Assembly (NCBI GenBank): GCA_030704615.1
Contig: CM060732.1
Coordinates: 30,628,001 to 30,692,000, forward strand
Direction of reading: 5' to 3'
From: Takakia lepidozioides
Taxonomy: Eukaryota > Plantae > Bryophyta
DNA: 64,000 nt
The notes under the pieces were generated by a model. That model saw only the letters and a list, made by a program, of their open reading frames with translations, ran no database searches and had not been told where the DNA came from. A program made the translations under genes and the position numbers. This document shows, piece by piece, positions 48,720 to 61,300 of this stretch. Positions within the stretch are counted from its first letter, which is position 1. Each line of letters opens with the position of its first letter.

Positions 48720-49786
48720 GGCTTTGTGAAAAATGGGGGAATGTAAGATGGAAAATTTGGGAAATGGATGGAGGGGAGGAGGCCACTTATCGGCCTCTCT
48801 AACAAATTTCACACCGATGAAAGATCCGGATCCAGGTAAAGCCCCAATCCACTAGCAGAGCTGGCAACCATGGAGTTACAGACTGTGAGGTCCGAATGAA
48901 TAAAACCAAGGAGAGGCTGTAAAGAAGATAGGATGCAGAGGCATGCCATGTAGCTGGACACCAAGTGAATCATAATATGAAGAATGAGGAATTGCAACAC
49001 TAGAAGGAGATGAAAACATTCTGGTTGGATTGACCTGCCCCCCAGACTGTACAGATCCTTCAAAGAGACGACAATGCTGGTCCCAGTGTCGCTTGTACGG
49101 AGGAAGACAAGCTACTTAGCTCATTTTGGAAGCAGACCATGAAGGGAGGAGCTGCTCATGGTGCTGGGGAATAAGGAAAAAGAGATTGCAAAGTGCAGAC
49201 CGAAAATGTGATAAAGACACCACTTCAGTATCGTAAGAAATGCCAGAACTTCGATACTTGATCCAAAAAATGGGAAAGATGGGAGGAAGATCACACAGGA
49301 GCTCACATATGTCCTGTGATCTTAGAAAGAGCCCGCACAGACAAAGACACGGAGAGAAGCGGGGAGGGATAGCGGCCTCTGCATTGAGCTATCTGATTTA
49401 CAGGACAAACACTCGCTCCCTCCGAAGCGAGGCCGCAGCGGAGCGAGCGAGCAGGGCAGTCTTGAGACCATTGCAGCGCACGGATGAATGATCGGTCATC
49501 CATTTCCTTCTATTTTACGTCCAACCGATGAACCACAAACGTCGGTCGTGCAGACTGACCGCTGGACAGAGCCCACGCGCGACGCACGGACCGTAGGTCA
49601 CAGCACGTGCCAGCGCCAGACCTGACATACGGACCGATGTGTAGCTCTGAAATCTGTTGGATAATACACATTCCCTGCGGTTTTGGATCGCCGTGTGGCA
49701 CATCCAGCTGGCGACGTAGGTTCCCCTTACACCTGTATAACGACTCGTGTTTTTGTTTTAAAAATTAAAATAAAAGGGGACGGAGA

Positions 49787-50150
49787 CTCGTGTTTTTTTT
49801 CTGAAATTTGGAAAAAAAAAAGAAAAAAAGAAAAAAAAAGGAGTGGCTACTAAGTTTTACAGGAAATAACCATATTTTCTGTTCATCCACTGAAATTTGG
49901 ATAGAATCATCCTCCTCTGTACTTTCATCCATGTATATAATCCATATTAGGCGAATTCATCCAAGATTTATATTTTATTTGGAGAAGTTTGGCGATTTCA
50001 TCCATCAGAAAACAGGGAATTTACTATAATAAAGTATTCCAGGGCCTCTCTCCCCTGTCCATTAAAAAAAGAAAAAAAGAAATTACCACAGAATATTCCA
50101 TTCTATTTTTTAGGTCGAAAAAGTGCGAAATTTCGCCAGAAATAAAAACT
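49787..50150 (+). mobile_element. Degenerate copy of the hAT-like MITE at 54905
   Basis: Shares GAGTGGCTA..TTTTACA.GAAATA..CTGTTCATCCA..ATTTGGATAGAATCATCCTCCT with 54905-55189. Confidence 0.6.
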
Positions 50151-51349
50151 CGTTATTAACGAAGGTGCTATTTGGTAGGTTTCTGCGTTTATCTGTTTTT
50201 TTTAATAATATTAAATAATAATAATATAAATAATGCCTGGTAACGTTTCATTTTTTAACTACTCGGCCAAGCTGGGGTTACTCCTTGGCCTCGGACCTTC
50301 CTATTCCTAGCTCTAAATGGGCTGCTAAATGGGTTCATGGCATGCCCTTCCCGGTAAATTGGGAACCAATGAGGAAAGGCTGAATCCGAGGAAATGCACA
50401 CATATTCCGCGGTAATACGCAACCGTACTTTCTGGGTGAGGATATTTGCCCAGACTACCTTCATTCAACAAAAATGGGCATAAAAATCAAGGGTTGAAGA
50501 CATTTTATGCGATAGACACCTTTATTCGCCGAAAATGGGCATAAAAATCCAAAATATAGCTGTGTGGAGATTATTTTAATCTGCCGAAGGTGGGCATAGA
50601 GATCAGTAGGTCTAAGTCAATTTTTGGGCATACCACATTAATGCCTTATTTATCATGGACGCCACCTCTGGTGAACGAATGTACATTCCTGGTGATACAA
50701 ATAGACACATGGTGAGAGTTCCAACATTCTGTCAATGAAGGTGATTTTTCTTCTTCCTTGTACCTTCGTCGGTCGAAGGTAATTTTTCTTCGGTAGGCTC
50801 GTTGGGTAGCTTCAAGTATTCCTGGTGACCTTCGTTCACCTTCGTCACTGATGGATTTGTGCTCATATTTGATAGAATAAGAGCTCTCTGCTTGATGCAG
50901 GCCGGGGTAGTTACATGGTATTATCTCACTACATTTTATATATGTATATATTATTTAATTGGTAATGCCACGGGTCCGGGGTACCCGGGGTCAAAACCCG
51001 GACCCGCATTAAACTGATCGGAACCCAATCTATCCTTATCTTACCCAGGATCAAAGACCTAGTATGTCAACAGCTATCCCCAAACAATCCATCTTCCCCC
51101 TCTTCCGCCTTTTTCATAACCATACACTTCTCTTCATCTTCTATTGCATACTCATTCCGCTCTGTTCGGGCATTCTTATGGCAGGCATTGGCTTCATGCA
51201 ACACAATGGAACGAATGGAGGCTCGGACTTGTAGAGGAGGTGCATCATAGAGGAGAAGGTGTGGTTCAGTACCCTCCAGTACCCTCTCTACCTCATCCTT
51301 CATGCTCATGTCAACAGAATATCAGCGATTATCAGCCGATATCATGCTC

Positions 51350-53000
51350 TCTATCAACGGAATTGCATCCTCGACAGAAAATACGGCATGACAGAGAGGT
51401 ACAACAGACAACAGTTCCGCACGGAACTGTCATCTTGCCACAGAATTGTCCGCGACAATATCAGAAAATGTGATATCAAAATTACAACAATTTCGCATTC
51501 CGCGCGGAATTAAATCCTCAACAGACACTATGGCATGACAGAGAGGTGTTGCAGACGACAATTCCGCATGGAACTGTTGTCTTGCCACAAAATTTTCCGT
51601 GACAACATTGAAAAATGTGACACCAAAATTTCTCCAATTTCGCAATTTTGCGCGGAATTCAATCCTCAACAAACAATATGGTATGACAAATATATGAAGC
51701 ATACGACAGTTCCGCGCAGAACTGTCGATTTGCTACAGAAATATTCAACATACAGCCCAAACACTCAATGCCAAAAAGATTTTTTTTATATTCGAATATT
51801 CATGATATATTCATGGTATTCTTGGTATATTCGAATAATCTTTGGAATATTCCCTAACAAATATTCCTGATATATTCTTTGTATATTCAAAATATTCTTT
51901 GAAATATTCTCTAGTTCCATGCCCGATTGAGAGCGTTCATGGAACAGCCACATGCATTTCAACGCAGAAACTAGTCAAATTACGGCTGTTTGTGTACATG
52001 GTTGGTGCACGACAACTGCAGTTCCGTGCAGAACTATCATCCACCGTGAACAACACCTTGGAAACATCACCTTGGAAACATCTTGCCGGGACGTTGTATC
52101 ATGGGCCTATGTGGCTCGATTGTTGGGGTTTCATTTGTGGGTTGTTCACACGTTTGAAAGTCTGAGAACTGGCCGTTCCGTGCGAATTACGAAGAACCCG
52201 AATTGGCAATTCCGCGCGGAGTTACGAACTGACAGTATGAATTGTTGGCATGCATATCATCCATACAAGTTGTCAATTGGATAGTTCGGATTCATTACAT
52301 TGAATGGTAAATGTCGTGGGTAATAATTTCATTGATTTTGTGTGTGGTGGCCGCTGATACTATGGTCTGCAACTTAACGGTATACACAATGAAGTATACA
52401 GCATATCGTTGCCCTTTCATCTCTATAGAATGTTATACATCATAGCGAGATACAGTTTATCATATGTTCTGGAGACTCAGAAATGGCAGTTCCGCGCGGA
52501 ATTATGAATTGTCAGTAAGAATCGGATGCATGGATATTATCCATGCAAGTTGTCAGTTGGCTAGATCGCAATCATTACATGGAATTGTAAATGTCGTCGA
52601 AGGGAGTGTTCCACATTTCACGCAGTGGACCCATCGACTCGTTGCCAATGCATGGCCATTCGTCGTGATACTAAACTGCTTTGCAAGAAGGAGATCCAAA
52701 GGCCAGGGGACAAATATGGTACTCCAGCACCTTGTTTCCTTGGTAGATTTTATCCTTCTGCACTTGTTAAATCGAAGGTTCAAGTCATCTAGTTCTGTGC
52801 ATCCGACATTTTCTAGTGCGTGCATGGCAACATGCCGACCTCTGTGAATGACCGCCCGACCCACCGGTTGTGTGGCTAGTGAAAGAGGGCACAGATCTGA
52901 ACCATGAAGAGGGGGACGATATAACCAAGGCAGGTTTTCGCCTCGTCCAAACAGAGGAGTTGACGAGTGCTCCTGTGCCTGGGAGCAGTTCCGCTCGCAA
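51350..53000. repeat. Array of ~10 palindromes CAGTTCCGCGCGGAACTG in a decayed element, partly in ~150-bp tandem units
   Basis: ACAGTTCCGCACGGAACTGT at 51411-51430; variants near 51497, 51559, 51645, 51707, 52019, 52173, 52207, 52487 and 52986. Confidence 0.8.
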
Positions 53001-53404
53001 CCCCGCATCCGAGTCCAGCTATGGAGCTATATCGAGGTTCCCTTCACCTGTCCTTGCACAAGTGCCCTATGAAGGCATAGTAAGCCTATAGCATATAAGG
53101 AATTCGGAATTCCCTGTGGAATTTCCAATTCCTCTTCTGATTTCCTTTGTCGTCGCACTGATGGGCGACGTGATGTTGGTAACGTGACTCTTTTTCCACT
53201 TACCGCGGCTTCAGGGTGTTATGCCATGTTCATTCTACATATTTGTCTTTATCAGTATCTTACCTACCCCGAACATGTTCCGAGCCTGAGCGGGAATATT
53301 CCTCAGCTTACCCAAGCTTGACTCGGACCAGCTGCTCATCGCTCAGGCTCGCGACATATCTGCTCCCGTGCCACATCATCGTCATTTAAAAAAAAAAAAC
53401 TCCC

Positions 53405-53496
53405 CAAATTACAAACAAATGGAATTTTTATTTTCACTTTAAGAAAATTATTTGTTTTATAGCAAAGGTACAACCGGGCCGTGGAATCTCCTTTTT

Positions 53497-53527
<31 letters not shown>

Positions 53528-54864
53528 AGGGGAAGAGGGGAATCCCATTTTGGAAGGAGAGCTTCAATTTGCGTGTCCGGATTTAAGAGACCAAGACCTC
53601 CTTTGGCTGGCAAAACTGTTGTCAAAAGAGACCAACGCCCTAGGGGTCCAAGAAAAAGCATTGGACCCCCCAACACAAAATTCATTGTGCCAAGGCCTTA
53701 ACCGGGGGTTGCATAGATACTTGAGGGCCACTTAGACTACGGTCCAAGACCAAGACCAACTCAAAATGCAAGGATTCTATTGGTCTGCAAGGATTCTATT
53801 GGTGTGCAAGGGCACTTCTTGGTCATATTGGCTTTACACTAGGGACCAAGACCAACAATGTTACGAAATGACATGGGGTCTAAGTTGGTTGATTATGGCG
53901 GGTGATTGTTGTAGAAGAAAGGAACCCATGTAGTTTGGAGTACCAATAACATTAAACTATAATTTTGTCAAATGATCCTCACCATCCATTGGAATCAGGC
54001 TTGAATGTCGAGTGGGAAGGATAAACGTGATGGAAGTTGATACACCTCATTTTAAGTTTCTTTGGTCTCGGTCCCAACGCCTTCACACATTCCACTTTGG
54101 TCCCTAGGATATTGAAAATTTTAATATGAACCAATTTGTCCAGCAAGGTCTTGGGCCATAGTCTAAAGTGGCCCTTACAAATGGTCGAGTTGTATCCTTG
54201 GGATGAATGTTGTTAATTAATTGTATTTGTTGAGGAGTCATTTTCACAGAGCCATTCAATGATTGACAGATATTGGCTGAAAGTTTTGGATGAATTTTCC
54301 CAGTTTTCATCCATATGCTCGTGCTCACCGCAGATGGCAGTTGTTTTAGAGGTTTATTTTCTCGTTTCCCCAATCCCTTCATAAATTTATTGACCCTACC
54401 TTCCTTTCGCCTACGCAGAGGGTTTTGATTCTTAGCACCAATTACGTTTTGAATTATTTCAAGCTGGAATATTTCATCCATATTTATAGATCTATGAAAT
54501 ATGTAAACATGATAACTTCATTGGGTAACTAGGCTAGACAAATGCACAAACTTCACAGGATAATAGTTCCCAAAAACTGGCAGATCAGGTGAGGGAATGT
54601 TCCAGGAATGTTCCAACATTGTGTGATCTTCCAGATTTCTACAACGTATTCATAACTTAATTACAATGGGGTATGGCTTGCATCATCTATTCCATACATT
54701 TGTTTTTAATTGTATTTCTTGAAACAAAAGATGTCCATGGACCATAAACAAAATGTGTCCTTACTTACCGCCTACTTACTAACCGACCGTTTTTGGAAAT
54801 GAGTTATAAAAAGAAGCATGCGTCGTGTTTGCATGTCTGAAGGTATTCCTTCGTCATCACTGTG
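53405..54864 (-). repeat. Interspersed repeat, inverted partner of 33873-35520
   Basis: Ends GTCATCACTGTG; high reverse-complement identity to 33873-35520. Confidence 0.85.
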
Positions 54865-54904
54865 TCCAAAGTGTCTCCAAAAATGGCTTTCAGACATCCC
54901 CAAA

Positions 54905-55189
54905 CAGTGATTGTTTTCTTAAATTTGAAAAATAGCACGAGTGGCTATTAACTTTTACAAGAAATAGCTATATATTCTGTTCATCCATTGCAATTTGGAT
55001 AGAATCATCCTCCTATGTATTTTCATCCATTTATATCATCCATATTTGACAAATTCATCCATTGTTATTTTATCTTTGTAAAAGTTTGCGATTTCATCCA
55101 TGACAAAATTGGGAATTTACAACAGAATATCCCATTTCAATTTTTTGAGGTCACCATTTGGCGATTTTTCGCCAAGAAAAAAAACACTG
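54905..55189. mobile_element. hAT-type MITE with 8-bp TSD
   Basis: TIRs CAGTGATTGTTTTCTT / AAGAAAAAAAACACTG; TCCCCAAA at 54897-54904 and 55190-55197. Confidence 0.85.
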
Positions 55190-55450
55190 TCCCCAAATAC
55201 CATTTCATGTAAAAACTCGGTGTAACAAGAAACGGGTACATAGTTGACATCGCACATAATCCGGCCTTAGGAGTCAATTAGGTACTATGGAATGGTCAGG
55301 GCCACGCCATTCTGCCCTCTGAGCTGCCTGGCCGTGAAATTTGGCGAGGCTGGGAGGCCGGGACAAAATTTCAGGCCGGGCAGCAAAGGGGGCAAAATGG
55401 CCCGGCCCTGACCGTTCCATCGGCGTTATGCTCAGAGGTTCGCCAAGTTG

Positions 55451-55911
55451 GGCTCAGAATTTTGTGTGGCCTCGTCGTTATGAGGCTGGTCAGACGACTG
55501 TCAGGCTGTCTCATTAATATAGGAGCAAACTACCTTCATGCGTCAAGGATTTTTTTTGGCATATATGAAATTTACAACTACCTCCATGCAGGTAGTTTTA
55601 GGATTTTCTACATGAAGGTAGTTGCAAAACCAAGCTGAATTACCTGCATGAGAGTAGTTGCATACCACCTCCATGGAGGTAGTTACAGTAAGCGAAGCGC
55701 CAACCACCGGAACTACGTTCAAGGAATGGAACCCGAAACCTGCATCGCCACATCACCATTGACCTACCACCAGACCAGCAGACCTTTTTTTCATATATAA
55801 GAGAAACAGGGGAATAGGGATCGTTTTAATGTAGCGGGGCCTCTGTCAGGTCCCCTGTCCCCTCTGCACCGTGCGGCCTCATTACGACGAGGCCACACAA
55901 AATTCTGAGGC
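55451..55911. mobile_element. Mutator-like MITE with 9-bp TSD
   Basis: ~36-bp TIRs GGCTCAGAATTTTGTGTGGCCTCGTCGTTATGAGGC; GCCAAGTTG at 55442-55450 and 55912-55920. Confidence 0.85.
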
Positions 55912-56147
55912 GCCAAGTTGCATGCAAGTAGAGGAAACGGTGAAGTAGATGAAACATAATACTTGCCTTGCAATAATTAAGTACCTGCCCGCTACAGAAA
56001 CTGCCCGAAACATGGAGGACCCGAGCATTCTGCGACCTGCTGGGGCATTCTGCTACCCACTTGAGCATTCTGCTACCTACTCGAATATTCTGCCATTTAA
56101 TGGAGGGGCAAAAATGGCAGAAAAACCACCTCCTGACCATAACGTTC

Positions 56148-56253
56148 TATGGAATGGGCCGCAACATGACATTGTGGCGGGTAAGGTGGTGGCGAGTCGG
56201 AGGGCGAGGTGCCGCCGAAACCACCATAATGGCATGTTGCAGCCCATTCCATA
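56148..56253. repeat. Small foldback element (~33-bp arms); related foldback at ~55286-55420
   Basis: TATGGAATGGGCCGCAACATGACATTGTGG...CCATAATGGCATGTTGCAGCCCATTCCATA; both foldbacks start TATGGAATGG. Confidence 0.65.
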
Positions 56254-58307
56254 ACGTAAAGGATTGCATATGCCGCCCTCTCATTGGCCTGCAAGTCCTA
56301 ATCAAACACATGATGTTTCATAATGGGCTAGTGCAAATGGCATAACTTAATGTGCAAGTGGCATTGGCGAATTCTGATACTAGGCAGGCAAAATCCTCCA
56401 AAATCCTCCTCCAAATACGCAATACTAAGGAGGCAAAATCCTTTACGTATTAGGTGAAGTCCTGCAACGAGGGCTTTACTTCCATAGCCCTAAGGACGGT
56501 AGCCCGAGGGCATGCAAAGCTTGATTTGCGGAAAGCCCCATTTACAGGACTTTACCTCATGTAAAAACTGAATGCGTATCCAGAATATCCAGAATTACAA
56601 GGTTACAAGGTCCAAAATTACTGGTCTTTTTATGCGTAACCTGAGATTACGGGCCCAAGCCCATGGGCTCAAAGGCGTAACAGGATAAGCGGGAAATTAT
56701 GTTTTTTAAAGCACCACAAAATACACTAGGATTTTCCAATGAGGTTTTTAATACCCGAGAACAGCGAGACGACTTTTGGCAGTTCAACGCAGACACAAAA
56801 CATTCCGAGTGGACGGCGGCCGGCCATCACTGTTAATTATCTCACTGTTATCCATCGCGCATTTTGTGAGCATCGCACGTCTCGCTGGGCGGGACGGTCG
56901 CGCAGAGCGTTGCTGCGCGTCGCTTGCCGGCGTGTGTGTGACTAAGTAAGCAAAGAATATAGTGAGTAACGAGTGTGTGCGAGGGCGCGCGCGGCCAGCT
57001 TTTTATTCGTGCGGGATATTGTGATGAAGCGCATCATCTCGCGGGTGAGCCAAAGTTGAGACCAGGGGGGTGTCGGGGAGGCAAAGAACAATTCACAAAA
57101 CAACAAGCGCACGCCAAGGAGCTCGACAAATGAAGGCGAAGCTGAATACAAGTGTTGCAGTTGCAGTGATGAGCGGCGGAAGGTTGACTTGTGAATTGCG
57201 GAAGAGGGGGGCTGACACATCGTCTTGTGGACCCCGGCCTGGCCTGTCGTTTCCTGCGGAAGACCGGCTGGAGTCCTTCAATGGTGGACCCACGCCCAAA
57301 CGGTTAAGCACCCCCTCCTCTGATCCCCACCCCAGCCGGCGTCCCCTCTCTCTTTGTCGGATTGTCCTTCAAATTTGGCAGAAACGTTAAAAGAGAGTGT
57401 AGCTTTTAGAACGTTTTTCCTGGTGGGCTGTTTCTAGTGCTGGTGCCTCGCTGGTGCCTGATATTCATCACTGAACCCCCTGGGAGTCTCTGGAGATTAA
57501 CTTCAGAGGGGGACGACCAGTTCGTCATGTACTCTGAGCTCATGTGAACAAGTGTGCGGTCCTGTGTGAATTTGCATCTGTCCTGCAAGGATCTTTTCCC
57601 TCCCAATAGCTTTGAGGCGGGGATTCGATAAAGGCCGAGCTTATCTCAGATGATCGTTACTTGTTATCGAGGGGGGTTGATGTGGGCCTTTCCACAAAAC
57701 AGACATCTGCATCTTAAGTGGGAACTGCTGCGGACTTGGATTCCGTACTTCGGTCATACACGAAATTCAGACGACGTATTATCTTTCCAGAAAGAGGAGG
57801 CTCGGACTGATCGCATCTGCCATCGGCAACAGCAGATGCAGAGGAGGTAGTTGAGAAAATCTTTTTCCTGTTTTGAGAAGCTGATTTCCAGCTAATGGAC
57901 ACCAACAGGGTGAGGCGTTGAAATAGAGAGTTAGGTGGGGATTCGAAGAGCTTGTTCAAATGGCGAGAAAACAAGTCTACAGGGATTGGAGATACTGAAC
58001 AAACGGACTCAGCGATTGACTTGAGCGGGGCCAAAGCAAATATTTGGCACACTAATCTGAATATTCCTGGCAGTGCCCGAATTTGCTCGTCACATCACTC
58101 TTCTGGAGGTAGCTTGTTTTGAGGAGGGCTAGTGGAGCTCAATTGATAGCATTTCAAGTGGAAAGGGAAGGGGCCTACGAAAAACTCCACTTGTACTGTC
58201 TTCTCCGGTCTCAAAACAGCTTGGTATGGACACAGTTGTACAGCCAATAATTGCGTAAGAGGAAGGGGGTCCGACTGGGACTTCAAGGTGAGAAGGGTGG
58301 GCCACAA

Positions 58308-61300
58308 ATGGGTGAGCCTGCAGTTGAGCTTGTTGAGCGAGATTTCAGCGACTGGGAACAATCTTACAGGCCGCTTCCGTATCTCTTCTTCTGGCTTATG
58401 ATTGTTTGGACAATTCTGGCCGTTGTTTGGACATTGAACACTTGGACGAAACGGAGATGGCAGGTGAGACCAGTACTCCAATTTTCCCCCTTTTCCGCTA
58501 TCATGTATTCCTAAGAGTCTTAAGCGTGCATACTCGGAGACGACCACCAAAATGTGTATGCATTCTAAAGTGAATCGTGGTTCTTCTCTGGGAAACAGAC
58601 GTGTAAATTGCAGTGGGTGTTGACGGCCGTCCCAGTCCTCAAGGCACTTGTGCTATGCCTCTCCTTCGAGTTTTGGTAAGCCACGGTGCTATAACTGGAT
58701 CCTGCGTGAGCGTTACCGCTCTTAATGATAGTTGAAGTTCTTATTACATAGTGCACTTGATAGCCTCGTGAGCGGCACATGACTGGACGGGGTCTGTTGA
58801 TGGAGATCTTCAACGTCAAGCTTATACGAGCAGGCTAAAATGCGGTTCAGGACTGATTTCTGTTATTCATAGGTCGATGATGAGATCCACTGCCAAACCG
58901 GGCCATTAATTTATTTTCCACCAGGCCCAAAGTGCCACAGTCCTTCCGTCCTCTCTTCTGAAAGAATCAGTATATCCAGTAAGAAGAGAGGAACACAAAG
59001 TGAGCGTGGGGAGGTTAAAGAGGAACAGGGTCTCCAGCAGAGAGATGGAACGGTAGAGCTGCTCAAAACTTCATGCGTGTTGGAATCATTGGCAACCATT
59101 GTGTCGCTGTCAGGGCTAGGTACTATAAGCCCCTGCAGAAAGCTTATGCTTTGGTCTGGGTTCCTGTGAGTCGGTTGAACACGTTGTAAGGACCTTTCAT
59201 CTTGTGGGTCGTAGGTACTCCTGCCTTAACCTCAGCACATGCTCGTTTTGGGTGGGATTTGGCGTATTCGTGTCGCGAATTTTCTTTGAGACGGCGTGCT
59301 TTGTGAGCTTCCTCCTCATTTCACATGGGTATTGCATCATGCACGAGCAGCTCTCAGTAAGGGAGCGCCGCAGCGTAGCCGGCCTTGCCTCTGTTTTGTA
59401 CTTGGCTCTCACCGGCTACAAGGCTGCTGTCCCTCGCTTCGTTGTGAGTAATTCATACTTCATACTTTTCCCTGCTCAAACCCCGACCAATCCCTACCCC
59501 CAGTCCTCCCAAACTGAGTGCAAGCTGCTCGGAAGTTTAAAACGGAATGCTCCGTATTGCAGGTGCTGGTGATGCTGACTTATGCGGTGTTGCTCTACGT
59601 CATAATGGCGCAAGTGCGGCGCAATTTGGCGTTGCTACGGGAGCAATTGCAACAAGTTCGGGACGAGGGCGCCCACACGATGCACACGGCTGTGTACACC
59701 AAATTCACGATGTTCAAGTACGTCCAGACGTCTCCTTGGGTTTGCCTTAAAAGTTATGGGTCGGGAAGAAGATTATTGTCAGTAGCTGACTCGATAGAAA
59801 CTTGTCCCTGCATGAATGCAGGAGGTTTCAAGGAGCCCTGCTGATGATGGTGGTTGCACAAATTTGGGTACGATGCACTCACAAGCTTATCGTCATCTCT
59901 CTACCTCCCCGCCCACCCTTTCCACATTACACTGTTGACTGCAGTGCAATCGCAGCAATGTGGGAGATCTGTATAAAGCGGTTTAGTGCGGCCGAGTTAG
60001 AACAGATCTGCCGTTTTAGACTTTGTCAAGAGAACTCTTCTGCAATGAACTAGCTATTTACCCCGCAATGTAGCCCTGAGGAGGTCCCCAGCTGGCGTCC
60101 TCCTTCTCTTGGCTTCTATTGCAACTGGTTTATGGTTCCTTGAAGACTGGGGGTGTCAATAGGAGTGTACTGAAGTACTGCTGTATTTCATTGAACAGAT
60201 TCACACCAGAGCAGAGGGTGTGGCCAGTGAGTACTGGATGCGCCTTCTAGTGGGAGAATCTGTGGAAATTATCATCTTCTTCTACATTGGGTGCGTCACC
60301 TCGCAACTTTGCCCTTCACCCATCTGTCTCCCCTTCCACACAGGGTACAAAATCCTGAGGAACCACTGCAATAGAATTGTCATACTTCTGCACCTCCATC
60401 TTGAAGAAAGATCTTAAACTGCTCCTTCTCCTACAAAGAGAAAGGAAGAGGCAAGAAACTTTACAGCGTCACATAGGTGCCACAAGGGCCCATGGGACAA
60501 GGTAAAACAAACCAAGAACTACTCCAGCATACAGGTAGACCGCCTGTCACTTCAGATCTCAAAGCTGACGGCATCCACTAAAGATGATGAAGTTCTGAAG
60601 ATAAGAAAGATATACAGGAAGATAAAGAAGAAGTAGCCTCGCATTTTCGCCTGAGGTGGTGCTCTGTTTTCACTCCTGCAATGTGCAGACTGGACAGGTT
60701 TTAGTCTCTCGCTTTGTCTCTAGAACATTTCCCTGTGTCACTCTGCAGCCTGTAAGAGTCAGAAGGTGCCCAGGGCCTGTGTGAGGGCCATAAAAAATTT
60801 ACCTGAGAGGTAGGAAGGATTTATCAAGATTAAAGCTAGGCAACTGGGGGCGGATTGCTGTGAGTTCAGCCTAGTGCCCAACATGGGAAGGCCAGAGAAA
60901 GAAACTTTACACAGAGAGAAGAGATGAAACAAAATTCTGATATCCAAGTGCAAGTGAATGTGAGATTTATTATGTCCACACAAGGCCCAAAGGACCAACC
61001 AAACCTCAGGCTGCGTGATGAAACAACCAAAGAACTACTCACATTTGGCCTTGTGAGTGTATCATGCTAGGAAGTCCAGGCCTGCATTTCAGACATCCAT
61101 AGCTTAAGGCCTCAGCCTGCATTGGAGCATCTGTAAAGAGATACCAACAGTCGTGCAATGTGGAGTGAGGAAGGAGGAAGAAAGAAAGCATATTTGGAGA
61201 GAAAGAGAGAGACTGACAGTGCACGGTTTTGCTATTGCAGGTGGATCTTCAGATCAAGAGAGCTGACTCCGTTTTTCACTGTCATTCCAACCCTACATTC

